From Epiperipatus broadwayi (taxonomy: Eukaryota; Animalia; Onychophora), in assembly GCA_028023455.1 (NCBI GenBank), contig JAQFVV010000001.1, positions 14,756,001 through 14,820,000 on the forward strand: 64,000 nucleotides of DNA, written 5' to 3'. The notes beneath the pieces were generated by a model. It searched no databases, was not told the DNA's origin, and worked only from the letters and a program-made list of their open reading frames with translations. This document shows, piece by piece, positions 39,221 to 52,294 of the stretch. Numbering within the stretch: position 1 is the first letter of the stretch; each line of letters opens with the position of its first letter. A program made the translations under genes and the position numbers.

Positions 39221-39737
39221 AGATAGGTAAATAGGTACTATCAGAAATTCCAGGTTTGTGGAGCATTCATAATTGAACCATGTATACACATAAGTTTTAT
39301 TATTTTATTCAGATATAAATAATATGCATGTAAGCATTTATGATCCATATAGCATTTTATTATTTTAAAAGTTATTACAGGTAGGTAAATAGGTAATATC
39401 AGCAATTCTAGGTTTGTGGAGCATTCATAATTCAATCAAGTATAGATGTATGTTTATACACATAAGTTTTATTATTTTATTCAGATATAAATAATATGCA
39501 TGTAAGCATTTATGATACATATAGCATTTTTACAGGTAGGTAAACAGATAATATCAGCAATTCTAGGTTTGTGGAGCATTTATAATCCAATCAAGTATAG
39601 ATGTATATTTATACACATAAGTTTTATTATTTTATTCAGATATAAATAACATGCATGTCAGCATTTATGATTCATATAGCATTTTATTATTTTAAGAATT
39701 ATTACAGATAGGTAAACAGGTAATATCAGAAATTCCA
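39221..39737. repeat. Tandem repeat, ~155-180 bp unit, about 3 copies
   Basis: TATCAG.AATTC.AGGTTTGTGGAGCATT and ATACACATAAGTTTTATTATTTTATTCAGATATAAATAA each occur three times. Confidence 0.9.
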
Positions 39738-42700
39738 TTTAGCTAGTTTATTTGAAATAACTATTACAATTATTATTAGAAATATTTCTATTATTTGAAC
39801 ATATCTTAAATTTTATGAAATAATTGGCATTTACTAATGAAATATATAACACATAAATATGTGTGTGAGTGTTTGTAATTAAGTAATAGTTTTCATTTTT
39901 TGTTTTCGTTTTAAATAAAGATAAAAACAAAACTATCATCAACTTTTGACTGAAGTTAATAATTGATGGTGAAAACTTTCCTTAAGGATAATAATATAAA
40001 ATATTTTCTTTTTTGTTTTATAAAAAAAATTAAGTTATAATTTTAATTCATATCTTATTGTAATTGAATCATTTCTAATTGCTTACCTCTAACTTCACGT
40101 CTTCATTTACTACTGCATTACTAAATAACTGGGGGGTCTTTCATGAAGCTGAACGGTTAAAACTTCTAGGCAATGCTTGGAGTTCACATGGTGGGCCGAT
40201 GGAGAGAGGACAAGCGGGCTCTAGCCAACGGTCATATTAGGGTTTTTCATTAGGCTGTTTGATGGACTTATTTAGTCACTTTTTTTAGTACTCTTGTAGT
40301 TAAATCTTGTGTCTCTGAATCAATTAACTATAATAATAATAATACTGATTTTCCAGTTATTTATATTTTTTTCTCCCTGACAAATAGATTCAGCTTACAT
40401 GTTCCTTTTCTCCCATTGGTAACAGCTTTTTCATCCATGTCCGTGTTTTTAATCCCCCAGCTCATTGGACAGTTTCTCTTTGGTGGGAACAGACTTTTAA
40501 TTAGTGACTATGTGTTTTTAAATCTTAATTTTTTTATTGCCTTCAGCAGTGACTTGATACCTACAGTTATTCTGCCTTACATGTGTTTTTGAATCTGATT
40601 TTATTTAAGTAGTTTTAATTATAAATTTATTAAACGCACATTGATTCCCCTCTTTTCTTCCATAGCGTAAGCTTGTGGTTAAAACACCTGTAGAGGTCTC
40701 TACTATCGCATTTTATACGCATATTATCGAGGTTATAGCCTCAGTAAATATTAAGTAGTTTTAATAGAAAAGAAGTTATACATTTTTTTTTCTTTTTAAT
40801 TGCACTATAAACAGATTTGATTTTTATCTCAAATTTATGAATTTTAATAAAGAAAGATTTATACTTTCTTTAATTGCAAATATAAACGTATTTGCTTTTC
40901 TTTTTCTTTCATTTTAAAAAGTTTGAAACACTTTTAATTTGACTAAATCGTTATGAATTAACAAATTATCATTTTAATTGCGGTCAAATTTCATTACTTC
41001 TTTCTTTTTCTTTTTTAAAAAAAAATATTGTTAGTCTTTTTTTTTGGGGGGGGGGGGATCTTCTAAATATATACATGAAACAGTATATCTGTTTTAATAT
41101 ACATAGTATATATGCCTAATATGAAATAAATGCCTTATATGAATTTTTGCAACATTTATGCTTGCGAAGAACATTTAAATATAAACTTTTTCATATGATT
41201 ATCATTATCAAAATTTATTTATTATTATTATTTTTTTGTTGTTGGTAAATAATTTGTAGCCATTCAATAATCGCGAGTTATGTTTAAGGGGTAGGTTCGC
41301 TATAATAATCTTATATTTGTATTTATATGTGTAAACATAGGAATCCCTTTATTATAAGAGTTTTATTATAGGAAGATACTTGTTAGAGTTGCTATAATTT
41401 AGGATAAAACGTCTTACTAGATTGTGAAAAAAATTGCACATGATACAGAAAAATGTATCAATTCTTTTTGTCATAAATGAGGATCACTTGGGGAAGTGCA
41501 GTTAAGGAAACATATATTTATATTTAGTATAGTCTAAAGATAAATCTTAATAATTTTTTTATTTGGATTGCAGAGATAGTATAATTCTATCTTAAAGAAT
41601 GAATCTCTAAACTTGAACCCATTTGACTTTAGCACATACTACTATTGTTATATCTTATGTATTCCTATGAAGACAATGGTCTTCATTTGGATACAAATGT
41701 AACTTAATAAATATATTATTAACAAATGTCACAAATGTGAATGTCACAGAAATCAGGTAAAAAACCTATAAAATAAAAATGAAGATTATACTTCATTATT
41801 TTGTTATTAGTATCATTCTTGAAAAGAAAGAGAATATATAAATCATAAATAAAAGATATACTACTTGTTTTACTTAAAGTATCCTTCTGAATTTTTTTTG
41901 TTTGTTTTGAACTTCATCACTTAATGATACACGTGGGTCATGTTGCAATATTGATTTTGATAACTTAATTATTTTTACTCTGGGAATATTTAAATGCTAA
42001 TGATCACTTGCACAAATATCAATAAGCATTTATATTATATAACATTAATAATTTAGAAATATTAAATAAATTATTTATATTTAGTTGTTTATAAATACAG
42101 ATTCAATAAAATATTCCTTTTGTTTCTACATTATAGTTTGACAAGTAATCAAGTCTCATTAATTATTTTTAACATTAAACCCTAAGAGTAGGCAAGTAAA
42201 GTATTAAATGGAAATGAATAAAGTTGGATATGTTCATGTTATGAGTTTAATTAATTTATTTAATTATAAGGTATTGTCTCAAAAACTAGCCCAATGCCAT
42301 ATCAATTGCAAATAGAGTCTGACACATAACTGAGAAAGCTTTTTGTTCTATGTTTACTTACTATTTAATTGAAAGGCGACTTTTCATGTGATACGATCCA
42401 GGTTATGTAAAACTTAGAGGGCATTTGAATGAGAGAATTCTTATACACAAATTATTATTTAAAAACCAAATTACCTAATCCTTTTCATTCTCAGTTACAT
42501 ACGGTTACAATTTAAAATGCTGGCTTCCCACTTAAATACTATTATAACTTGGGTGTTATCGAACCAGAATATTTCACCTTTCCATACCATTACAATTCGA
42601 TTTTCCCATTCATAAGATTAATAAACTATCTCATCCATCCTAGTTTCGTACCATTACAATTTGGATGCCACAATTCATGGAGCATATTGAATAAGATGAA

Positions 42701-43390
42701 CCTTGCACCCTCTGCATCATTACAATATATATATATTAAACACTGCCTAATGCTATACTAATAATTATAAATAAAAGAGAAATTCATATAACATTACAAT
42801 AAATTGATAAAAAATCAAGTGAGATATCATATAACCTAATTTTAATAAAGCTTGCATTTACAAATGTTATACGGCTATTTGAGTTAGATAGCTGGATTTT
42901 TGGACATTTAAATGTCTGAAGATTTCAGATTTTCTTCTCAATAGTTAGGCATTGATAAAATGCTAGAGTAGTTCTAGTATTTCTAATCCCTAACACCTCA
43001 CTGATGATGCTAGATGCAAAAACCGCAGTCTGGGGTTGAGGGTATTTTAAAAGCTTGATAAAAGTGTGTATTTTTATGTACTCTATGTATAACATTACAA
43101 TACTAACCAAAATACAAAATTTTATTAAAATTTTGTTTTTTGGCTACCTTTTCACTTGAAAAGATCTATTATAATAGATAAAACTATGGCTGTGGAAAAA
43201 TTTTAATAAAATTTTCTTTTTTGACTAGTATTGTACTATATGAATTTCTATTATATATATAATAGTAAACTTCTGAGTTGTAATTTATCTTAACATATGA
43301 CACTTAAGACTAGTTTAATAGAAATTCCTAATAAATTATTTAATTCAAATTTTTTTAAATAATTAAAATAAAACATAATGAATATTCAAC

Positions 43391-43558
43391 CTGTAGTACG
43401 ATCACATTGAGCTGCATCTTTGCCAAACAAATACACTTCTCCTTCTTTAGTGATCAAAGCAGAGGTACCATTATTGCATGCACTATATGTAATATTATGT
43501 CCCTCCATCTTGATCATCTTTTTAGGCTTGACAGGTTTGGGCTGCCGACGAGCTTTAT
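43391..43558 (-). CDS. MYCBP2: MYCBP2 exon: KARRQPKPVKPKKMIKMEGHNITYSACNNGTSALITKEGEVYLFGKDAAQCDRTT
   Basis: Acceptor ttttaag|AT and donor CAG|GTTGAA; 168 bp, phase 1 to 1. Matches MYCBP2 RRQSKPYKPKKIIKMEGK...ACNNGSS...GELYMFGKD. Confidence 0.94.
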
Positions 43559-44568
43559 CTTAAAAAAATTTTTTTTTAAAAAAGATGATCTTATATAAAA
43601 GTGACATATATATTAAAACATTATTAAAATATTATTGTTAAAAGTAACAAAAACTAGTAAAGCTTATGCATAATACAAGCTGTTTCCACATGACCATAAA
43701 AGCACTAAATCTACTAAGATAAACATCTTAGATCAAGGATCAACGAACTGTAGCTTGCGAATCAAATATGGCTCTTTGATCCTAATCTCCTGGCTCTTTT
43801 AATCACAATAAAAACATTTTTTATTTCCTCTTATAATTTGTAAATAAATATTATAATGACTCTGGGAGGGGTGTGTGTATTATAACATTGGGTTTTTTTT
43901 TTTTAATTTAACCTTATTATAGAATAGAATAGTAATTATTGCATGTGATGAATATTTAAATATTAAAAATTTATGAATAAATCAAACTGTCAAAATAATT
44001 TTTTGTTTTCATTTATTTATTTTTAAGAGAATTTTTATTTTCATTATATTCTATTATTAAAATAAATGTTCAAATATATCCATAGCCATTCAGAAATTCA
44101 AATTTTTGTCACCATTTTCCTTGCCGTTCTATAATGAGGAGGGGAGAAATATCTTTCCTTGCAACTTTTAAATAGGAGGAGGGGGTAAACAAAATAGCTT
44201 TTCATGTCAAAAAGTTTGTCGATCCCAGTCTTAGACTATTAAAATGAAAGGAAACTATATAGTGCTGCAGCCTTGTTACATCTCCAAAGACCGATATGCT
44301 TTTCATTTATTACATATTTCCTGAAAGAAAATACTTTTATTTCAGATAAATATTGAGCATATCTAAATAAAATTGGAGATCTAAAAAATTTACAAAATAA
44401 CTGAATAATATAAAGTTCACGTAAGTTATTTCCTCTAATACTACTCATTTTTTTAAAACATTAAAATTCAGAATAATATTTAACAAAAGTTATTTTTAAC
44501 ATGATATAGCTATCTTTTTCAAATCTAGCAATGCAAGCAATCAAGCAATTACTATCCAAATGGACAAT

Positions 44569-45752
44569 CGGTAATACAGCATCTATTGATCCACACCGTT
44601 CGATGGCGCTGTTTCTACGCTAAAGCACATAAATATGCTGTTTACAAGGCCGCTCATAGATCTTACAGCCTATAAACTGTTCAAACACTAAGATGTTGAA
44701 GTGCACCCTTACCCCAACATCTCTAGCATGTTGAACATTATTAGCGACGAGTATACGACACTCTCTCTAAACATTACTCTTGACTATTGTACAGTGTATA
44801 ATATGAAGGTTTCTGTACTTGTAATGACGAAAAGTATATTGAACAGATTTTTTTTTTTTTTTTGCTTCAATGTATTGTAATCGATGTGAGTTGGTAAAAA
44901 TTGTAACGAATTGTCAAACGCCCCTAGTTTCGTTGTCAGGGATCAGAATTCACAAAATGAGAAGTGTAAATCACGATTCGGCAAAGTTCACGATCAAGTC
45001 GCGCACTTTCTGAGACTTTTTCGAGATTAAAACAGTTCAATGGCAGACGACCATTTGGCATTGTAATTTTGAGATTTACCTGCTACAGGAGCAGAAATTA
45101 AGGCATTGTCAAACATCTGAAATGGAATATCCATCGCATCAATGGTGACGAAGGGGTTCCATTCGCTCATGGGACGGGCTTTGAGGGCTGCCTGGGAATC
45201 GCTTTTTCCCAAGCGGTATGGCTAATTGATTCTTGAAGACGGGATCAGCTTACAGTGAAGCATATTACAACTGACTTGGAAAAGTGTCAAAACGCCGTAA
45301 GGAATATGACCACAGGTCTTAGAGAGGTCTGTCAAGAAAGCCTTGTTTCTCAATAAACAAAACAAACAAAAAAAAGTTTCTTCAAAAACAATCAAAAAAG
45401 ACTTGGTTATAAAAATAAAAAAAAAGTTGTTTCTTTAAAAAAAAAAAAAGAGACCAGACAAAAAGAAATAATGTTTTTTTTTTTTTAAAAAAAAAAAAAA
45501 AAGACGGAATATTTTTAAAAGCCAAAAAAAAAAAAACCATTTTTTGATTTTTAAGAAAAATATACATCAAACCGGTTACAAAAAAAAAACAATAACAAAC
45601 AAAAAAAAAGTAAAAAAAAAATCAAACAAATCCAAAAATTAAAAACATAAATCAACAAAATTTGAAAAACAGCCCCGTAATGTTATATCTATTCATTTTT
45701 CACTACCAACAGCACCATCGGACGGTGTGGCTCAATAGATGCTGTATTACCG
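44569..45752. mobile_element. 1184-bp TIR element with ~45-bp TIRs and a 6-bp TSD
   Basis: TIR CGGTAATACAGCATCTATTGA(T/G)CCACACCGT(T/C)CGATGG(C/T)GCTGTT at both ends. GACAAT occurs at 44563-44568 and 45753-45758. Confidence 0.88.
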
Positions 45753-46369
45753 GACAATCTCTACATAATCCCTATTTATAAATTTCACTAATTAGCATAC
45801 TCCTCTTACAGATCTTCAGTAGTAGTCTTTGAAAATATACAACTCAAGATAACTTCTACATATAAGCAGCTTCAAATTTATGCAAATAGTCTATTTCACA
45901 TGCTTAACACAATTTTTATATATAATAATTTTTTTTTTGCTTTAAAGTATTAAAGTGCATCTTTTTACAATAAGCATATTTGCATAATATTTCTATATTG
46001 AAAATATTTTTATAAACAATATATTATTTGAAACATCATATTTTTAATAGTAATTAAGATAATGGATGCCCTAAAATTAACAATTATATAATTAATAAAT
46101 TTATTTTGCTGTTAATGAATAATAAAAAAATAACTTTTTTTTTTTCAACTCTGAACAGTTTAATAAAGATATAAAGTTGATTCTACATTACTAATGATTG
46201 AAAAATATTTTCTCTTTTTTTTTTTTTCATATCTTCAAGTTTAAATTATCATACATTTTGAATGTTTTCTATAAACTTTCTATATGACAAATATTTTTAC
46301 ATAAATAGATTTATGATGAAGGATTTACTTAATTGGGAAAAATACTTGCACTTAATGACATCAAACAAA

Positions 46370-46800
46370 CAGAAATATTCCAATCATACAGAAGAGAAAA
46401 GAGAAAAAGCTATAATGATAATGATCATTATTATCTACTGTCTGGTGAATTTGTTTCCCTTTCCTATATCTAACATAAATAAAGTTTTATCAATAATTAA
46501 TAATTATCCAGACTTGAGAGAGAATTTTTAAAACAATAACTAAAATCAATATATTGAATAATTTTAAAAAATATTAATAAAATTTATCTCATCTCCATTT
46601 AACTATAAAAGATTTAACAAACTCACCCAAAAAATCTATCCCTCAACCCTAGAAAACAATTTATTTCAGATTGGAATAAAATAAACAAAACTTTTTTTAA
46701 TCAAATTATAATGAAACTTCATTGCATTATTCATTTTCTACTGATCTTATTGATTCCAGATCTAACCCTATACAAGTTATATTTTTTTTCCTGGCTCCAT
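46370..46800 (+). mobile_element. Decayed non-LTR RT fragment (CR1/Jockey-like)
   Basis: PISNINKVLSIIN in track ORF 46262..46531 resembles RT ISLLSNI.KV.EK.I. Confidence 0.35.
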
Positions 46801-47589
46801 GATTTCTCAATCTGTTGTTTTATAGTTGTGATCATTGACAAATCAGTCTTAATTTAATATTTTCCTATATAAATAGTTTCTAAAAAAATTTTTTTAGAAA
46901 TAACATATGCACTTTGCTCTATATCTTTTTTCTGAACTAAGTAAAAATTTCTTAATAATGTTTTGAGAGTCAAACTTTGTCATGAACTATTATGAGCACA
47001 CTACTTTTGAGCTTTTATTCACTATTAGTATATGTATTAATGTTTTTCTTTACACTGGTTTATTACATTTTATTCATAATACTGTTTTTGTTCATGTTAC
47101 AATATTTATTTTATTAAATAAAATAAAAAATAATAAAAGATAAAGATGAACTGAATTTTGCCAAAATACATAGAGCTAATAAAACTAAAACCTTTTGAAT
47201 AGTTGTTACAATATATCATGCTCAATCATTTAAAAATAACAGTATATATAAAACACAAATAACTGCAATCGTAAAAATATTCTATTCTTGAAAATAAGTG
47301 ACAAAGATTTGGGTTTTCTAAAATTTTCTTAAGATATACAAAAACTTAAACTATGATATTAAAATATTTTCACATATGTTTGTTATTGGTAAATTTTAAA
47401 TCAAGATTGTTATAGAGCATAAATATATAAAATTTACAATTAGAAATATCTAATCACTATACTTAATATTACCCATGATTTTTTTCTTAAACATTATACT
47501 GAAATAAACACACACATTAAACAAATAATAGGAGTAAAATATAGTGAATAATAAAATTTGAGTTGTACTTAATTAAAGATTTTAATATA

Positions 47590-48010
47590 AAGCATCACTT
47601 AACATATTGTAACCAGACTGGGATTTCCATTCCCTCTGATGGTTGATTTATTTCCTGATGAGCATATTGTATGAAGGAAAGAAATCATTGGTGTTACCAA
47701 ATGCTGACATTACCATCCTTACAACAATATTTCTTGTTCATCAGAGGGAGTAGCATTAAAGAGACTGAAAACATCTAGAAATTTATCTGTTTGGTTTCCC
47801 AAACGGCACCACTAGAGTTCCAGCTTACCACAACCTTACTTACCCAGATCAGGTTATGCTGAACATAACTCAGGAAACATGAGATTCCTGTGAACAAGTG
47901 CACTAGAAAATGGATGACATGAAATGAAAGTGATCAGATATATTATTTTATATAACCACAATTTATTTAAATAACAGTATTTGGATAACACTCCTTCTAA
48001 TAGTTCATTG
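47590..48010. repeat. Second copy of the 38570-39000 repeat
   Basis: Collinear similarity over ~400 bp. Confidence 0.8.
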
Positions 48011-48358
48011 CAGTTCAGGTTCCATAGATCAGTTAGTCCATTTCATCGATAACTTCTCTGATGCTTGGTCCCATCATTGATGATCATACAGTGTCCATCA
48101 TTTATATTCCATAATCCTGTTCTGCCAGCATTCACATAGTAGGGATTTATTTAGATATCCATGTGTACATCATGGATACCTCCCTTATCATTTCTCAAGT
48201 TTAAATTCTCCTTCTGTGAGTTTATATTCTCCTCATATGCGCATATTCGTAGAAAAGTATATTAATTCCCTATTGCAATATACTCTTAGGTGAGTTTGAT
48301 TTATATTTGGATTAATCCTTTTTATCTAATTGTTTAGTAGCCAATAATTATATTCGAA

Positions 48359-48592
48359 TATATTCATGTATTTAATTCATGTATGTAGTCACATATTCAA
48401 TTCATGTATATAGACACATATTTAATTCCTGTATGTAGACTCATATTTCATTCATGTACATAGACACATATTTAATTCCTATATGTAGACGAATATTTAA
48501 TTCCTGTATGTAGACACATATTCAATTCATGTATATAGATAGACACATGTTTAATTCATGTATGTTGACGCATATTCAATTCATGTATATAG
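48359..48592. repeat. Minisatellite, ~25-bp unit, about 8 copies
   Basis: Repeats of ATATT(C/T)AATTC(A/C)TGTAT(A/G)TAGACAC. Confidence 0.9.
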
Positions 48593-50149
48593 AATGGTTA
48601 AACATAATGAATTTACACAAATCGGGGTATATCTATTTTAAATTAAATTCTTACATTATAATTTCTACATTTCATTTAGCGAGTTGAACTTTAACAATTT
48701 GATATATATTTCTTATACTTTTATTATAAAGCTTAATTTCGAATCAATGTTATAAGTTTTATCACTTTAAAAAAAAATCAGTGAATCCACTATTGCATTT
48801 CACCATTTCTGTCAATATATTTCAATTTACTTTTTTTCTTTAATTTTAATAACAATAATGGCAATTATATTATTCTATAAAAATTATTTTGGTACATAAC
48901 ATTTTATCATTTTGTTGAATTAATTATTTTTAATAACTATGTTTCATTTTATCTTTCCGAAATGCTTTTCTTACAGCATTTTCATAAATACCTTTAAATA
49001 TTTCAAATGTTATCTAGAGTTTTCTTATCGTTAAATTTATCTGTTGGCAATTCACCACTGTTAAATCTTCACATTAAAAAGGGATTTGTCTTAGAGCTAA
49101 ATGGCATATATTTTGTTTGGTGGTCACTTAGGTATGTTTGTTCCTCTAAATGACTTCTTCATGGTATGGGAAGGGGGAGCGAGCTATTCTTTTTAGCCAA
49201 ACATTGTAGCACTTTCCATGTTGATAATTTGCTTCTTCATATTGCAGTTTTACAGTAACCACGGGTTTCTCCTACTAACTATTGCTGCACTTCTTTGATT
49301 AATTACTAATCATGGTGGTTCCAAACTTAGTTGGTCCGATTGTTTAAAATCTTCACTGTAGACTGACTAGATACTGAACTGCTATTTACTGCAAAGCAAC
49401 TGTTACAATCACTTAACTGCAACTCCCAGAATTGACCAATTGCTCACTTTATATACTCCAACTTCCTGCAATTTTTTATCATCTTTTTTTTTACTTCACC
49501 CACGCTGACTAACATGTTTTTCAAAATCATGTTGACTTCTTTTAACTAAGGCAAGAAAGTGAGATTGTTTCCTTTTTTTTTTAATGAACTAATCACAGCA
49601 TTTCTATATTGTAATTTGTAAACATTCAGCTCTAACAAAAAAAATATTATGTTGATATCATACCACAGATTTTTAATGATAAAAATTTGTTAATTAAATG
49701 TGTCATTTAATTTCTAATTGTACATTTTAAATATTGATTTTTCTCTTCTTTTTTTTTTTTCAGAGAACTTAAATTTACACATTTTGTTTTTATAATTGCA
49801 TCAGCTTTCTTTCTTTTTTAAAAATCAAACCATTTTAAAATGGAAAGGGGTGGTGGTAACTTCAGAATATATAAAACAACATGTCTGTTTCAATATATTT
49901 CAGTAAATAATAATCACTAAACTATTATCTATAATTTTTAATGATTTCCCAATGCTATGGGTTTACCATTATCATTTTTATATTCCACTCCCTAAAAAAG
50001 ACAGATTAAAGTTTCATTTTTACCAAAATTTAGTAACTGTTGCCAAATTTGTAAAACATCTTGATGATAGAGAGAAAAAAAAGTAGAGAGAACGATCATG
50101 GAAAAACAGAGCTTTAAAAGATTCTGTCAAAAAGCCTAATCCTTTATAT

Positions 50150-51250
50150 GTAGGCTTACAAGATTAACATATACTTTTAAAAGAAATACTACTTCAATAA
50201 CCAAGAAAATTATCATGTATCACGATTTCTAAGCCCCATGATTAAAAAAACAAAAAAAAAAACACTTAAACAAAATTTGATCCAAAATTCAAACTTCAAA
50301 AATTCAAGCTTTATAAAACCGGTAGATACTGAATAACTTGAGTTTGCTCTTGACTATCTAAAAGTAGAAAATGTTTCAGAAATGGGTAACATGTTTCAAG
50401 AGAATTTAAAATAAAATTTAAAACTTGTAACAAAAAAAAAATTTCAGAACTGTACTCCAATGTAAATGATCCAAAAAATTTGGCATTAAGATAAAACTAT
50501 ACAATCTTAAAATCCAATAACCCTAATAAAAAGGTAAAAATTTATCATCTAATAATCTTGTTATATGAATACTATATTTTTTTAAGTAAATAACCTTAAT
50601 AAGAATCACATCAGCAATTAAAATCTGACTACCTTCAGTTCAGGATAGATTTCTTGTTACCAAGTTATATCATTTAGCTAACAAGTTTGGAAAAATGCAA
50701 CTCCTAAAAACCTCTAAAAATCATTAAATGCAAGAAAACCATAAAATTACTTTACAAAATGTTTTCCAATAAAAAATTCAAGTAACTCTATATTATTTAA
50801 TAATTGCAGAAACACAAAATTTTATAAAATTATCTGTCTCTAAACTAATTCTCTCATCTATCTAATTCAATAAGTGATTTTCCAGAAACAGAAAATTCAA
50901 TGCTAATGAATATTACTCAGCCTTCTTTGAAAAAAGTATCCCTTAATAAATATATGAAAATATCAAAAATCTTTTCTAATGACATCAATCCCATAAAAGC
51001 AATATATCTTTCATTTAAGCAAGAGAAAACCATCTCAAAAAAATGGACATAATAATTATGCAGCAAATGAATTATGAAACTATCTTTTATTATACGAACT
51101 TATTTTTCTAATCTATCAAAAAGATTAAATCTAAAATTATTTCTAGAAACAACATCCTGGGAAATATGGCTAACACTATCTGGGCATGTGACATAATTGT
51201 TCTAAAAACAGTCTCATCATTTATATATTCTATTAACTATTATTTTATTC
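50150..51250 (+). mobile_element. Decayed non-LTR retrotransposon RT, probably the same group as 33050-34650
   Basis: LEFALDYLK near 50340 and IKSKIISRNNILGNMANTIWAC near 51125-51190 resemble K...RNNIL.KL...WG. Confidence 0.55.
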
Positions 51251-51925
51251 TATATATTTCCTAGGTGGAGTTAAAGCAATTGTCTAACTTTTTAGATATT
51301 CAGTTAAATATTACTATAAAAAATATTAGCACCACATTTAAATCCACCCTCTTACATTAATTATCTATCCTCTTCTACCAAATACCTGGAAAAAAAATTG
51401 CCTTATAAAAAATGTGTAAAAAAGCTGTTAAACAAAACAGCTTCTTACTAACTCAAGACACAGTTTTACTAACTAACATATATCCACATAAATTAAGAAA
51501 TTATTAGAATAAAGGAACAAGTGTGACACAAAAAATAATGCTTCATGTGAGATCCCAAACTCAATTTCCTTTTTTTTTATCAGCCAAAAATAAATAAGAT
51601 AAATATAAGCCATTAAAACTGCTTACTAGCTTCATAAATGGAACTTGAGGTGAGCCATAAACTCGAAACCAATTGGTCTGGGGATAAGGACTTTCCGATA
51701 GAGATTTTGAATTCTTTCTCTTTTGGCACTTATAAATTAAAGCTTGATTGGAGCTATTGGCAAGCTCCCTCTAGTGAACATTTTAATACAAGCTTAAAAG
51801 CAAGTTACACCCATTTGTTTCTTGTTTTATTAATTATTATATATATGCAAACGATTTTTTTAGCATTTCAATTTAAAAATATACATAAAAATAAAAAAAA
51901 TATTTATATATCCAAAAATTCTTAC

Positions 51926-52130
51926 TCGCATCACCATCTTCCCCTCGCCGACCATGGCCTACAAAAAACACACTACCATCTTCAGCCACTAACAATGCAT
52001 GTAAACCTTCGTGGCCTAAAGAAAACTGTACAATTTTTGGTGACTTGGTTATAGGAAGTTCAGCCCACTTCCCAGATGCTGGACCACCTTGTTTAATTCC
52101 TAAACTTTGAGATTTACCAGTATAAAAAAT
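51926..52130 (-). CDS. MYCBP2: MYCBP2 exon, RCC1-like repeat: IFYTGKSQSLGIKQGGPASGKWAELPITKSPKIVQFSLGHEGLHALLVAEDGSVFFVGHGRRGEDGDA
   Basis: Acceptor ttttag|ATT and donor A|GTAAGA; 205 bp, phase 0 to 1. Near-identical to the recalled MYCBP2 segment IYYTGKYQSLGIKQGGPSAGKWVELPITKSPKIV. Confidence 0.95.
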
Positions 52131-52217
52131 CTAAAACATTCAAATATAATGCTGATAAGAAATATAAACATCTAAATTAAAAGTAATTTTAATAACATAT
52201 TTAAAAATATCTTTCAC

Positions 52218-52294
52218 CTTCCCAGAGACTGTTCTGATCAAAGCAAATTCCTTCCCACCAGCAATCATTGCAGTTTCATCATCGAATCCTGTAT
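52218..52294 (-). CDS. MYCBP2: MYCBP2 exon: (N)TGFDDETAMIAGGKEFALIRTVSGK
   Basis: Acceptor ctag|AT and donor AAG|GTGAAA; 77 bp, phase 1 to 0. Lies inside track ORF 52140..52325 and matches MYCBP2 TGFDEESAILGAGREFALMKTANGK. Confidence 0.92.

Noticed and set aside
45360-45660. A-rich low-complexity stretch inside the TIR element, possible poly(A) tail
   Set aside because: It is internal to the TIRs and irregular, and may reflect noisy assembly consensus rather than retroposition.
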